In this document: positions 37,739 through 49,900 of the stretch, piece after piece
How the letters are laid out: every line of letters begins with the position of its first letter
How positions within the stretch are numbered: the first letter of the stretch is position 1
Assembly (NCBI GenBank): GCA_002633005.1
Contig: NMRA01000171.1
Span: 248,001-312,000 of the forward strand
DNA length: 64,000 nt
Reading direction: 5' to 3'
From: Phoronis australis
Lineage: Eukaryota > Animalia > Phoronida
Translations under genes and position numbers: made by a program
Notes under the pieces: generated by a model
The model's input: only the letters and a program-made list of their open reading frames with translations
The model's database searches: none
What the model was told of the DNA's origin: nothing

Positions 37739-39479
37739 AGAATTTCAAATTGACCTTTTTTGGTGTTTTTAACTTCAAAAAGTTTCCATCAGGATGTTCT
37801 TTTGTTCTTCGTGTAGTGTAAAATTGAAATGAAGTTACATTAAATTTTAGGATTCTGTTGAAATTTGCTTAATTAAAAATGTGTACTTTCATTTTTTGTA
37901 GTAAGGCTTATAGTTTATGATTTCAGAAACATGCATAGGAAAAACGAATAATTCGAATATAATAATCGGTGTTCAAATAAATTCTTTGGAATGTGGGAAA
38001 TTCAATGTTTTTTTCACTTTTTGTGTGTACTTGCAATCAAAATTCATTTCTTTGCAATTTCTTTTAAAGAGCATTAAGATTATTAAATCCTAAATGACTT
38101 TTTTTGCTAACCATTAGCAATTGCTGATATATTCTGGACATTTTCAAAAATTAAAGGAGTGTGCCACCCAAAAAACAACCCATTTTGTATCAATTTAGAT
38201 CGAGTAGTTGTACTCGATAACGGCACGTTCGGTTGCGTTACCTGACATCTGACGGCAGACGGAGGTGATGAAATTATCCAATGACGTTAATTGATTTCAC
38301 ACGCTGTCTGCTCAGCAGTTCACAACACGGGTAACTTACTGGTGTCAGGTTATCGCTTGAATTCATCGTTTAACACCAATAAATAATCGAACTTTGATGT
38401 AAAACCCTTAAAAATACACCGAGTTCTTGTGAAAACGTGTTGTTTTATTTCGCTGTTACGGATTTATTTGTATTTGGACACACCGTAGCCTACAAAGTTC
38501 GGCAGGCCAATTTACCAAGGTCCATAGCAGGAGTTTGGGGTCTGTTCGAAGATAAACTCGAAGAATTCTTCCCTGAATTACAGACAGGAGAACCTAGAAC
38601 TGTGTTGTTTAGACTTATGATTTTTTAGTTCTAAACACACAAAACACTTGTTATCGGTCTACCAGGGCTCAGAACCCCCAGCGATCAGGCCCGTCGCGGC
38701 CGGACTGACTCGTTATCCCGGCCAGTGGCTTGGAACCCATCAGGCCCGTCGCCGCTGCCGGGTCTGGCACCAACATAAACCAGCTTGGGTTGGAAACTAA
38801 AACTCTAGTCAGGAAAAGATTATAATAGTGAGCCGAAGAAATAATGGGAATTAGCCACGAAACTGAAAATCTACTTACTTGTCAGCTGCCGCGAAGTCGG
38901 GTTCCCCTTCCAAAGACCGCCAGGGCAAAGGTAACAATGATTAGAAAATGTATTTGTATTTCTGAATAAAGATTCCCCTAACATGTGACCATAGATATAA
39001 AATCGAGTAATTGTTTCACAACAGCATTCTGTCATCAAACACTGAATTAGCATGCGTTCACACGGCCTCAGTCGGTGCCCGGTCAATTACCTTTATTGCT
39101 GGCACCAAAAGCCAGTAACGCAGTGGTTTATTCATTACTGGCTTCTCGACATTTGCTCTCACAAATACTGCAAAGGCATTACAAATTGTATCTATGAGAC
39201 AGACATTGTTTCAGTTTTATATAAGCATTGGTTAGGATGAGAATAATTCATTTTGAAACAGAACGCAGAATAATAAACGTCTACATGGCAACTCGCCCGG
39301 CACCAATCCCGACTTAGTCAAGAGCTCATCCGACGAAGACTTACGAATCGTATCGATAGGTTTCACAGTCTATCAATTCGAACCAGAATACACTGATCTC
39401 AGAAATACTAGAGAGGCGCCGTGAACATGCACAGGCAACGGAACCTATGGATACTTCTTTGGTTATCTGGAATTCGTCA

Positions 39480-39694
39480 GAGAAATCACAGTCGATGAAA
39501 TGCCGGCAACAGACACGGAGATGTTTCACGGCCTCGTACTTGTTATTAACAGCGTACCTTTCATTCTTCACTACCACGAGCCACTTCCTAAGCATTTCGG
39601 GCTCTCGAGGAAATCGAAAAAGACGATATACCCGATTTCTTCGCAGCTTCATAATTCCGACAAGCGGGAACGATGCACCGCGATATAGCGGCAT
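39480..39694 (-). pseudogene. Frameshifted THAP DNA-binding domain from a DNA transposon
   Basis: RCIVPACRN in one frame, then LFRFPREPEMLRKW...LRVCCRHF..CDF in another; together they give the THAP C2CH signature with the conserved P, W and F. Confidence 0.8.
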
Positions 39695-40269
39695 TCAGTC
39701 TGCAGATGAACCAATAACGTCGCTGCGTCGTTTCTCACCTTCCTTACAGGTTAACGCAACACCTCTCGGCAAGGTGAGGTCAACCGTATAAGAGGCAATA
39801 TGGCTATAGACCGATTAAGGTGGTAAAAAAGACTAATAAAATCGGGTGCATTCTACTTTAATGTAATTTTCATTCTCATTTCAAATTAGCCTTCTTCAAA
39901 TTTTGTATTGATGTCAAAAGTACTCTTGTTATAAGTCGAGGAAAAAAAAAACGTCGATTAATGAATTTTGAAATTGGCACTATTCCCTCACTTGCAAACT
40001 ACATTTGGTGATGTGGCTTTTGTTTTATGTTGTTCAGCTGCATGGATAGTACTTGTCATCTTGTTTTAGAGCAACAGTGGGCCATAATTTTTCAATTACA
40101 GGTCTTTAAATATGACAACAAATTTCCCTTCAAATTTTTTAGGATTCGTCTGATGAAAAAAGGCCATTTTGAGTGTCTAAGTTTTAAATAACTCCAGAAT
40201 CGTCCAACGGACTTAAATTCAAGAAGTAAGGGAAATAGCAGGTCAACATATATCATTTAAAGCCGTGGA

Positions 40270-40902
40270 TCCAACGAATGCAATGCTCTGCCCCCTAGTG
40301 TCAATTTCATTCTTTTCCATTTTCCTTTGTTTCTTTGAAGTTCCTTGACAGATTTTTATGATATTTGGTATATAGGTTTCTATAAAGAAACGACTGCATG
40401 TTCCCGTTTTTGGATGGATTCGACGTATTTTGCGCCATCGGGTGGCCATTTTTATGTTACAGATTAACAACCCTAGAAGCACACCATTTGTGGTGCATTT
40501 GTGGGCTCTGCGTTGCTCTTTGTATGAAATTTGGTAAATAGCTTTCTATTTAAAGAAATGATGACATGTTCCTGTTTTCAGATTGATTCAACGTATTTTG
40601 CGCTATCTAATGGCCATTTTTACTTTTTCTAGTCTGTTTTTGGTGTCTACCCCTCTATCAACCAAACACTCTAAGGATGATTTTGAAAGTTGGCGTTTTT
40701 GTTTCTGCTGAGAAAAGGACGGCTGTTGAATATGTTCGTGCAACTTGAACTATTGTGGCACCTCCTTGTGGCAGTTTCTTAGTATCTCCCAAACCCTATG
40801 CAGGTTATTTATTAATTTTATAATACAACTTAACAACCCTGGAAGCACAGCGTTTATGGTGCCGTCGTGGGTGCATTTCAACACTCTGCGTTGTTCTTGT
40901 TC
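40270..40902 (+). mobile_element. Partial HINE copy (3' part)
   Basis: Same subrepeats as the 36690 element and 3' end GTGGGTGCATTTCAACACTCTGCGTTGTTCTTGTT. Confidence 0.7.
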
Positions 40903-41131
40903 TATGTTAGTGCCCAGCAACGTCACGAACATAGATGATGTCAGCTCTCCTTTTGTGGCAGTTGGAAGCTTAGGCGACAGCAAACCCTTATGTAGTCTTT
41001 TCGCTAAGATTCTCTGCAAATTATGCTCAAATGTGTTTAACTCTCAAAGTTAAATTAATATAATATGTACCTTTCAAGTGTAGATGACATATTTGGAGGT
41101 AGTTAGAGTCAAGAAGAAATAGGTTTTTCAT

Positions 41132-41569
41132 TTGCGTAGAAACATGCAGAGTAGCAACACCCAATGTAACAAATCTAGATGCAAAATGTGTAACTTTATC
41201 AACGACAATACTTTCTTCCAGTCATCTCAAACCAATGAAAACTTAGAAATAAAACATTATTCTGACTGCAACACTACCAATATCATCTACCTAACATGTA
41301 AAAAATGTTCCATCCAACAAGTAGGACAAACTCAATATAATTTACAAACTCGGTTTAGCAATCAAAGATTTATCACAGTACATAAAAATATTTCGGATAC
41401 CATAGGTTATCATTTCAATACCAAAAACCATAGTGTACAAGGTCTTTCTGTACAAATAGTAGAAAAACTCCAATACCCCAATACACCTCACAGACTCAAA
41501 AGAGGACAATTTTGGATAGATAAACGTTACACACTTAGTCCCTATGGATTAAACATAAAGACTACTTAA
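41132..41569 (+). pseudogene. Penelope-like retroelement GIY-YIG endonuclease fragment with upstream Cys cluster (Neptune-like)
   Basis: CNKSRCKMC...CNTTNIIYLTCKKC..QQVGQT..LQTRF...HFNTKNH...RLKRGQFWI..YTLSPYGLN. The YVG tyrosine and the RE glutamate are altered, and there is no adjacent RT. Confidence 0.85.
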
Positions 41570-42184
41570 ATAACATTTTCCTTTACTTTTTCCGCAACAA
41601 TCTAGGCAGCATTTTCATTACGCCACATATCAGATGTCATTTGTCATATTGTGCTTGATTTTACTTTATTTCTAGACAATAACCTGCAGGTATTTCAATG
41701 CCTTTTATTCAGTTGAACAAGCAAGACGAATGAACGTCATCTGAAACAATAAGGAAAGTATAAATACCGGTAAATGCAATTCATAAAGTAAAGAGAATAG
41801 AATTAAGAGGGAAAAATGCAAATAATTGTACGCATGCGGCTAGTAACGTGGGAATATTACCGCACTTAGTCCCAGTGGAAGCAGACTTGAAATTTATAAA
41901 CAGATAACATGGCATCTTAGTAACCATGCGTAGCGCCATCTACAGAGCTTATTCGCTAATTTCTGTTTCTTTTAACAAAGGATGTGATTACATCCAAAAA
42001 TTTCGGTTGATCTGTTCATGCTGTTTTTTATGTATTCTGGATCGCGTCATTCAGTTTCAAATCAATTTTATTTTATTCGTTGTGGAGAATACGGCTCTAG
42101 TGATGTGGGGACACGGGTTCCAGTAATGTGGGGATAGGTGGTGGTAGTATAGTTGGGTTACCCGGTTCTTGGTTGAACGGTATA

Positions 42185-42320
42185 TACCGTAATCGTTCGG
42201 GTTAACGCCCATGCTCAGTTAACTGCCCATCCCCGACTTTAAGTGGATTTTCGATTTAACCGCCCATTGCTCGGTTAACCGCCCTCCCCCTATTTTTTGG
42301 ATTTGCCAATTTAACTGCCC
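42185..42320 (+). mobile_element. Tc1/mariner-pogo-like terminal fragment
   Basis: TA|CCGTAATC start followed by repeated (G)TTAAC(C)GCCC motifs; the other end was not seen. Confidence 0.35.
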
Positions 42321-43254
42321 AGGCAGGGCTCGACATAACGAGCTGCAGGTCGCATTTGCGACCTGAAATTTGGAAATGCGAGCTGAGATTTTTGTCAGCT
42401 CGTATAAAGTCGCAAAATGCGACCTGGAATTTCCAACGAATGCGAGCTGAGTTTTTACACTTCTCAACAGATACCTGGCAAATACAAAGCAGCTCTTGTT
42501 AATCCGACCGTTATTTGGTTGTTGCCAAATACAAGTTCAAAAGAACACTAACCGAGAACNTATATATAGTGAATAGAAATATGTGTGGGTTGTGAGTGCA
42601 AAACTACAACAGTATTGAAATTTCCGGTGATTTCATCCAAATCATAAACATGAGTGAAGTCTGGACAGCTGTCTGGCACATAGGGTTTCACTATGAGTGG
42701 GCAGTGGTCAGTGACATAGTAAACCACAACACAAGATGTCCCGGAGTTGTTATGTAAAATAAATTGTTTTGTTGGGATAATTGTAGGTCATAGGAAATGA
42801 TGAAACTTACACTTAAATAACTTCATGAGAATTCATGACATACATTGTAGACGTGACAAATGTATTGAAAATGATTTTCATTTTGTTTGTGTATGAACGA
42901 GTTATAATAAGCTCAGAAGGGGCTTGCTGAAGAAATGGCACGATGAAAGGTAGTGTGCAGCAAGAAGTACTTAATCTTGTTAAATTTGTGTGTTATTCAT
43001 TCAGATTAAGAAAATCTTGTTAGTGTCACTTGATAGCTGAAGACTTTACTATACTGTGGTCGATGGCGTTGAACTACTACAATAAAGACTGATATCTGAC
43101 TTAGGGTTGTGACTTGACTGGCTATAGCTATACATTCCACTGTTGACACTGACACCACTTCTAAAACCTCTCGGAATCTGTACTGTGGCTGAGGACTGGT
43201 ACGGTGTATGTGCGGATACTCATTATCTATGTTGATTGATGTGAACGCTTATGC

Positions 43255-43533
43255 TGTGTCCACATGGCTCAGAGCATGCCGAGTCATCAATATAACAGAT
43301 TGTGTCCACATGGGCTCAGAGCATGCCGAGTCATCGATATAACAGATTGTGTCCACATGATTGAGAGCATGCCGAGTGATAGATATAACAGATTGTGTCC
43401 ACATGGGCTCAGAGCATGCCGAGTCATTGATATAACAGATTGTGTCCACATGGGCTCAGAGCATGCCGAGTCATCGATATAACAGATTGTGTTCACATGG
43501 GCTCAGAGCATGCCATGAGTCATGGATATAACA
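43255..43533. repeat. 47-bp minisatellite, about 6 copies
   Basis: Unit TGTGTCCACATGGGCTCAGAGCATGCCGAGTCATCGATATAACAGAT. Confidence 0.95.
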
Positions 43534-43976
43534 GAAGTTACATTGTTTACCTTGGCCAACAGCTGCGTATAGTACTTTGTATCTGTCCAAAGCCTGTAAA
43601 AAGTTGTTCACTTTCAACAATATGGTCACTAGAGTGTGCAGTCAATGAACTGTGATAACACATTGACTGGCCTTTGTAAATGTGCACTTTTCTAAGCTTT
43701 GAAAGTTAGAACAAAGCGAATTTTTCATGAATTACTGTTTTTTCACAACACCTCCATCAGCAATATTTGATTGCCTTACGAACTATATGTCGGGTGAAAC
43801 AGAAGTCTGCCGCGATCTCACCTAATCACTCATTTTTTACGTTTGTTTAGTCAATGCTATGTGTCGTGCATAGGAGTCCGTGCTTAGTTTTCTTTTTGGG
43901 GCATAAGTGGCAGCAGTGTAAGAGTCAGTATTTTCTGACTTCCTGTATCTAATCTCTGATTGTTTGGTGTTTGTAG

Positions 43977-46900
43977 GATAAGCCTGTATTGGCAGGCAGT
44001 GTAAAGAGACGACTTGAGAGCTGCAACATTCAGAAGCGGAAAAAGATCAAGATTAACTCAGATTCACCCATCAAAGGAAAGACCATCTGTCCTACGAAAG
44101 AGTCACTGAGGAAAAAACCTAGTGCTGTGGCCTCTAGTGCAAAACCAAAAAAGGACTCGAAGGTCGCTGTCGCAAAGAAAATTACCAGCAATAGTAAAAC
44201 ATTTATTCTTGCGAAGACAAACTTGAGGCACTTGAAAAGAAAGCACAAATCAGTGTCTGGCCAAAAAATAAAGAACACCAAGAAAGCACGATCGGTACAA
44301 GGAGTGAGGAAATGTGAATCAGAAATTAAAATGTCAAGTCTAAAAAAGAATTCGAGATCAGCTCCCTTGAAGAAAGCTCAAAACAATCTACGGAAAAGGG
44401 TTGTCAGTGATTTAAAATCAACAGCAAATGTGGTAAAAAAGCCAGAAACATTCTGTAGGGAAACAAAACGAAGAGAAACTATTAAGAAACCTGACAACAC
44501 CAAAAGCTGGGCAACTTCCCGGCTAAGAAATGTTGCTAGAAAGTCAACAGCCAAATCTCAGATGGCTAGCCCTGGTCCCAGTTGTACCTCTGATCTCGAT
44601 ATTATTAATGAAGTCGAGTCAGCAAGCAAGTTTGGAGTTTTAAGTCATACCTTGGCACAGGTTTGTTGTTTTGATTATTGAAGGCATTCTTCTGCCAGGG
44701 CTCTGCAGGATGAGATGTTGTTTTGTGACAGCTCAGGAGATATGTGTGGTGGCTGGTGTAAACTGCAGTGAACACCTGTTATAAACGTAATTTATAAAAC
44801 TGTTGCAGCATGATAAAAAGTTGTTAGGTTATTTTAATTTTTATGCACCCACATATTTATATGTGGGTGCATATTGCGTCGTCTCTGTCTGGGCATCCGT
44901 CGTCCACTGCTGTATCTCCTAAACCCCTTACTGGATCATATTGAGACTTGCACATTTGTTCCTATGACATTCACGGCATATGACGACGAGTTTCGGACAG
45001 ATACGACTGCTGTTGTGTCCCCTAGTGGCAATTTTGTTTTTTTTACATTTGCCTCTGTATCTTTGGAGTTCCTTGATGGAATTTCATGAAATTTAGCAAA
45101 TAGATTTTATTAAGGCGACGATGACACCTTTCACCTTTCATATAGGTTTGATGTAGACTGTGCTACCTGGTGGCCATTTTTATGTTTGCCTCTATCCGCC
45201 AAATCTCTAGAATTAGGAGAATTTGCGGAAGTGGCGTCCCCTAGTGGCTATTTTGTTTTTTTTGTGTCCACAGCCGTATCTCCTTAACGCTGTGGAGGAT
45301 CTTTGTAAAATTTGACAGTTGTCTTCTGATTAAGCTTACAACAGAAGATTACAAGTTTCGGACCGATCTGACGTCTGCTGTGCCCCCTAGTGGCAAGTTT
45401 AGGTTTTTACATTTGCCTCTGTATTTTTGGAGATCCTTGATGGATTTTATAAAATTTGCTAAACAGGTTTATACAAAGGGGACGACATCTTCCCATTTTT
45501 TGGACATTTTTGACATATTCTGCGCCACCTAGTGGCTATTCATATTATTTTGAGTCCATTTTTGGCAACTGCCTCTCTTTCTGCGAAGCTGTTCAAACGA
45601 TGGTTGTGAATATCAGCAAATGTGTTCCTGCTGGGAAGGCTACGACTGACTTGGGTTTCGGACATGTTGAATCACTTTTGGACCCTTCAATGGTTTTTGC
45701 ATCAGTTGTTTTATCTCCTTAACCTCTTACAGGTGTTTTTCTATTGAGGTGACAATCGTTTCCTACTATCACTGTGCCCCCTATTGGAAATTTTGTTTTT
45801 TATGTTTACTCTTAGGTCTTAAGAGTGCCTCTTCTGATTCTCATGAAATTTGGGAAAAAGATTTCCTCTGAAGAGCCATCGATTTGGTGTTCCTGGACGG
45901 ATTTTTATGAAATTTGGCAAATAGATTTCTATTAAAGAGACTGTCAGAGATTGACTGTGTTTGTTTAAAAGGTAGCTATGCTTTGAGATTGTGTATAGAT
46001 GGAGAGTGAATAATTAAAACCAGTAATTAATTTATTATATGATAACCACTAATTAGACTAGTGAACCCTGATGTTAATTAAGTAATCAACTACAAAGAAG
46101 AGTAACTAAGATGACTGTCCTGTTGGTGAATCTTCAAACTACACACACTGTATTGCGACAGAAATGAGTGTACTTGCTAGTCACCGTCTCTGGTGATGCA
46201 ACACTTGCTGGCAGTTTCTTCTATCTACGATTCTTCTTGCTGGTCACAGTCTCTGGTGACGCAACACTTCAGGCAGTATCTTGCTACCCACGATGCAAGT
46301 GACAAGCTCTTAGTTAACTTCCTGTTCGTTAACGCTAACTTGCCCTTGCCAAGATCCTCTCTAGAATCTTCCACGAGATGGCTCTGTCGTACAATTTCCT
46401 CTGTACACTGTAGCAAGGCTTTATTCTTCAACTACTATAGCGCATCTGAATATCTTCTTGATTTTAGCCCATATTATAATATTCTACTTATTCAGCGATT
46501 GGCTGATAAAAACCACATGATCTCATCTCATCATCATATCATTGGCTGTTGCAATTTGTTCTGAATTTTCTAGTCTCTAAAGTGCTTTGTCCCCAGAACC
46601 CAAAGTTGTAAACACCATCTAAAAATAGATTTTGACATTAAAGTACATGTCAACAAGTCTGACCCCATTATTTAAAAGTACATATGCACAAATTTTGGGC
46701 AACTTAAAATGGATCTATTCTTACTAATTACTTAATCAATATTTATTCTGACAGAGACGATGACATCTTTCTGTTTTCAGATGGATTTGGTTCAGCTGCC
46801 TAGTGGCCATTTATATAATTTTTAGTTTGTTTTTTTTTTTGCGTCTGCCTCTCTGTCGGCCAAACCACTCTTAGGATGATTATGAAAAGTGGCATATAAT

Positions 46901-49900
46901 TTGTTCTTACTGGGAAGAGTATGGTTAACGATAATTTTTGAATGTCGCCAAGTACTGGGGCGCCTCCCCTGTGAAGAATCTTTGTTAAATTTGGCTAGTG
47001 TATTTGTATGAAAATGACAATGATTGATGACGACCTTCGGCTACCGCTGTGCCCGCTTGTTACAGTTTTATCTTTTTTTCCGTTTTCCTCTGTACCTTTA
47101 AAGTTTTGTGATGGATTTTTATGAAATTTTACAAATATGTTTCTGGATTTGACATAGTGTGTGCCTCCTAGTGGCTGTTTTGCATGTTTCCGTCTATTTT
47201 AAACGTCCAGCTTTCTATCGACCAAACCACTCAAAGAAGAGCATGGTTAACAATTTTTTGGACGTTTAAATACTGTGGCGTCCCCTAGTGGCAGTTTGCT
47301 TTTTTGCGCCAGGAGCTGTTTCTATCTGCAGGATCTTTGTAAATTTGGCAAATGTTTATCATTCTATGAACGTGACACCGGATGACGACTTTTGGATGTA
47401 TCTGACAACCACATCATCTCAGTGATGAGTGAAGTCCCAGTAATGTTAGTATGGTGTAAGCATTCACAATTATTGCCAGTTTTCAGCAGTGTACAACTAA
47501 ATATTTTCCTCAATCTTCCCACGAGATGTTCTATTATAAAAGTTTACAATCATTTACGTGAATTGGGTGCTTTAATTTTCAGTGCTGGAGTATCATGTTT
47601 ATAAAATTCAACGAATTAAACACTGGCTTTTGTCTTTTTTCATGGGTGTTTTTATAACGTCGATAACAAGTGAACAGCAAATCCCTACTTCCTCCATCAT
47701 TGAAGTGTGTGTCTTGTTCTCTGGTGGCAGTAATCATAAATGGTCACTCTTCAATTTTAACTGGAATTTCACGCTTCCATTTTTAGATGAAAGAGTGTCA
47801 AGTTGTGCTTTACAAGATCTCGTCTTCAGCTACCCAAGAATCGACAGAGATACGTGAAATATGCCATGACATGAATAAGAGCAAGGAGTCAACTGATGAC
47901 ATAGACATGACCTGTGATAGCCAAAGTGACATGGATTTTGAGAATGGTAGCGAGACCGGTGACACAGACCATGGACTGTGCTGCAATGACAGAAAGCAAC
48001 AAGAATCCAAAAGCACACCTGAGAGTGCATTTGAGAAACAGTTTGAAAACTTTTTAAACTCCAAGAGGTCATGTACTGTCCCTGAAACTGACACATCTTT
48101 GGCTAGTACTATGTTGTCTGCGAATGGTGGCAGTAATATATCACCTGTTGATGAGCCACATCCTGTACAGATTGTGACTGAGCAAGAGTTTCCTTCTGTG
48201 CCTAATTTCAAGTGTATACACTGTAAATACTGGTCATATGCCCGTTTAGCGATAGAGGAGCACGTCTTCAGCCACTGTAAATCAAGTCCATGGCATTGTG
48301 GAATATGTTTTGCATCATTCGGCACACGTGCAATGGCATGTAGACATCACAGAAATGAACATAAGTGTCGAGATACCTACTTAGTCTTTAGACCAGGTAT
48401 GTAACCATGGCTACGGAGTAAGTAAAGGTTTGTGTGTGTGTGCGTGAGTGCATGCGTGTGTACAGCTGCATTCTGTTAGGCTCAAGGTTTTCAATAAGTC
48501 AGGAATAATCTCAAAATGTAGAACAGTTTATTTCAGCAATGACGTAACTTCTACTGATTTCCAAAACATGCTTAAGAAACAATGCAAATATGATTTGGAA
48601 AACTGTAAGGGCTGTTCCAGTAAAATCTGTATGGGAGGGGGGGAAGGCACCTTTTTTTCGCACCCACCACCCATAATTTTCATTTATTTCTTCAGCCTAC
48701 CACCCGTAATTTTTTATAAGTTTGAAATGCAACCACCCGTAATTTTTTTTTGTTCTTGTGGTTGACTGCACAGGCGCTTGAGTTTATCTGTTCCTGCATC
48801 ACCACTAACGTCATTCATTACTAAGAAAACATGTTTCTTATATATGGTTATTAGCCATCGAGAAATTCGAGCACCTGAGTGTGGTTAACTGGTGTTATGT
48901 GCATGCCGATGAGATCGGAGGGAGTGAAAAAGTCTGAGCTTTTTGCAAGTTGCATTTTTGTTTCAGTTTTTGATTTTGTGCGGATAGTTTATAAAATTTA
49001 CTAAAATTACCCACCATCAAACATTTATGGCCCAATGAAACAACACCGACCTGTATATTTTTATTTTTTTGAAGTACGACCACCAGCCATTTTGAATTTA
49101 AATCAAACGCAACCACCCATAAATTTTTATTTCATTTGCCTTCCCCCCCTCCCACACAGATTTTGCTGGAACAGCCCTAACAGAGTTTTTGAGATTTTAT
49201 CTTGAAAATTTATCTTAAAAACTAAGTTATTGATGCCATTGTTTTGCTGTGAACATACCTCTTGTTTAAACCAAATATTGAAACAAGACATTTGTCGCAT
49301 GACCCTATTTTTCATTATAGTTTGATGTAACTTTTGATTTTTGTCTAGAAACTCCTATAAATCTCAAGTTTTGGTAATGTGGAAACTGATAAATACTTTA
49401 AAATCCGATAAAAATATTTATTAAAAACATTAGCATTCGATCTATAATGATTAAAACTTTTCATCAAGACAAGTGGTGCAAAAGTCTTTCTGAAGCTAAC
49501 CTGTTTTTTAATCAATATTTTTTCCAGATTTTGAAGTGTATTACCTATTTCTATCTTGTCTCGACATGTATCATTTTCAGTTTTTGTTAGAATAGTCAGA
49601 ACGTTTTAAAAACAAATTTATTCCAAATTGAGTTTTGTATTTTTTGAGATATGATATAGTCATATTCCAAAGTTTGCCAAATGTGTATTTTTTCTGTGGT
49701 TAGACATATAAGCTTAATAATTATATAATTCATGTTTGAATTTTTTTACAAGATTTCAACATTGTTTTCATTTCACTAATTAGCGATTGATTTCACTGCA
49801 ACTGTTCATTAAATGGTTTTAAAATGGTTGCATGATCAGACTTCATAGTGAATTTGATTTTTTTTTTCTGCCAGTGGCTACATTCAAGGCAACAGATCAG

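Noticed and set aside
42890-43210. Upstream coding exons of the zinc-finger gene
   Set aside because: Plausible splice sites exist, but no open frame ends in the required phase 0; the region may be 5'UTR.
43255-43533. 47-bp array as a CRISPR or coding repeat
   Set aside because: Head-to-tail units without spacers, and the unit length is not a multiple of 3.
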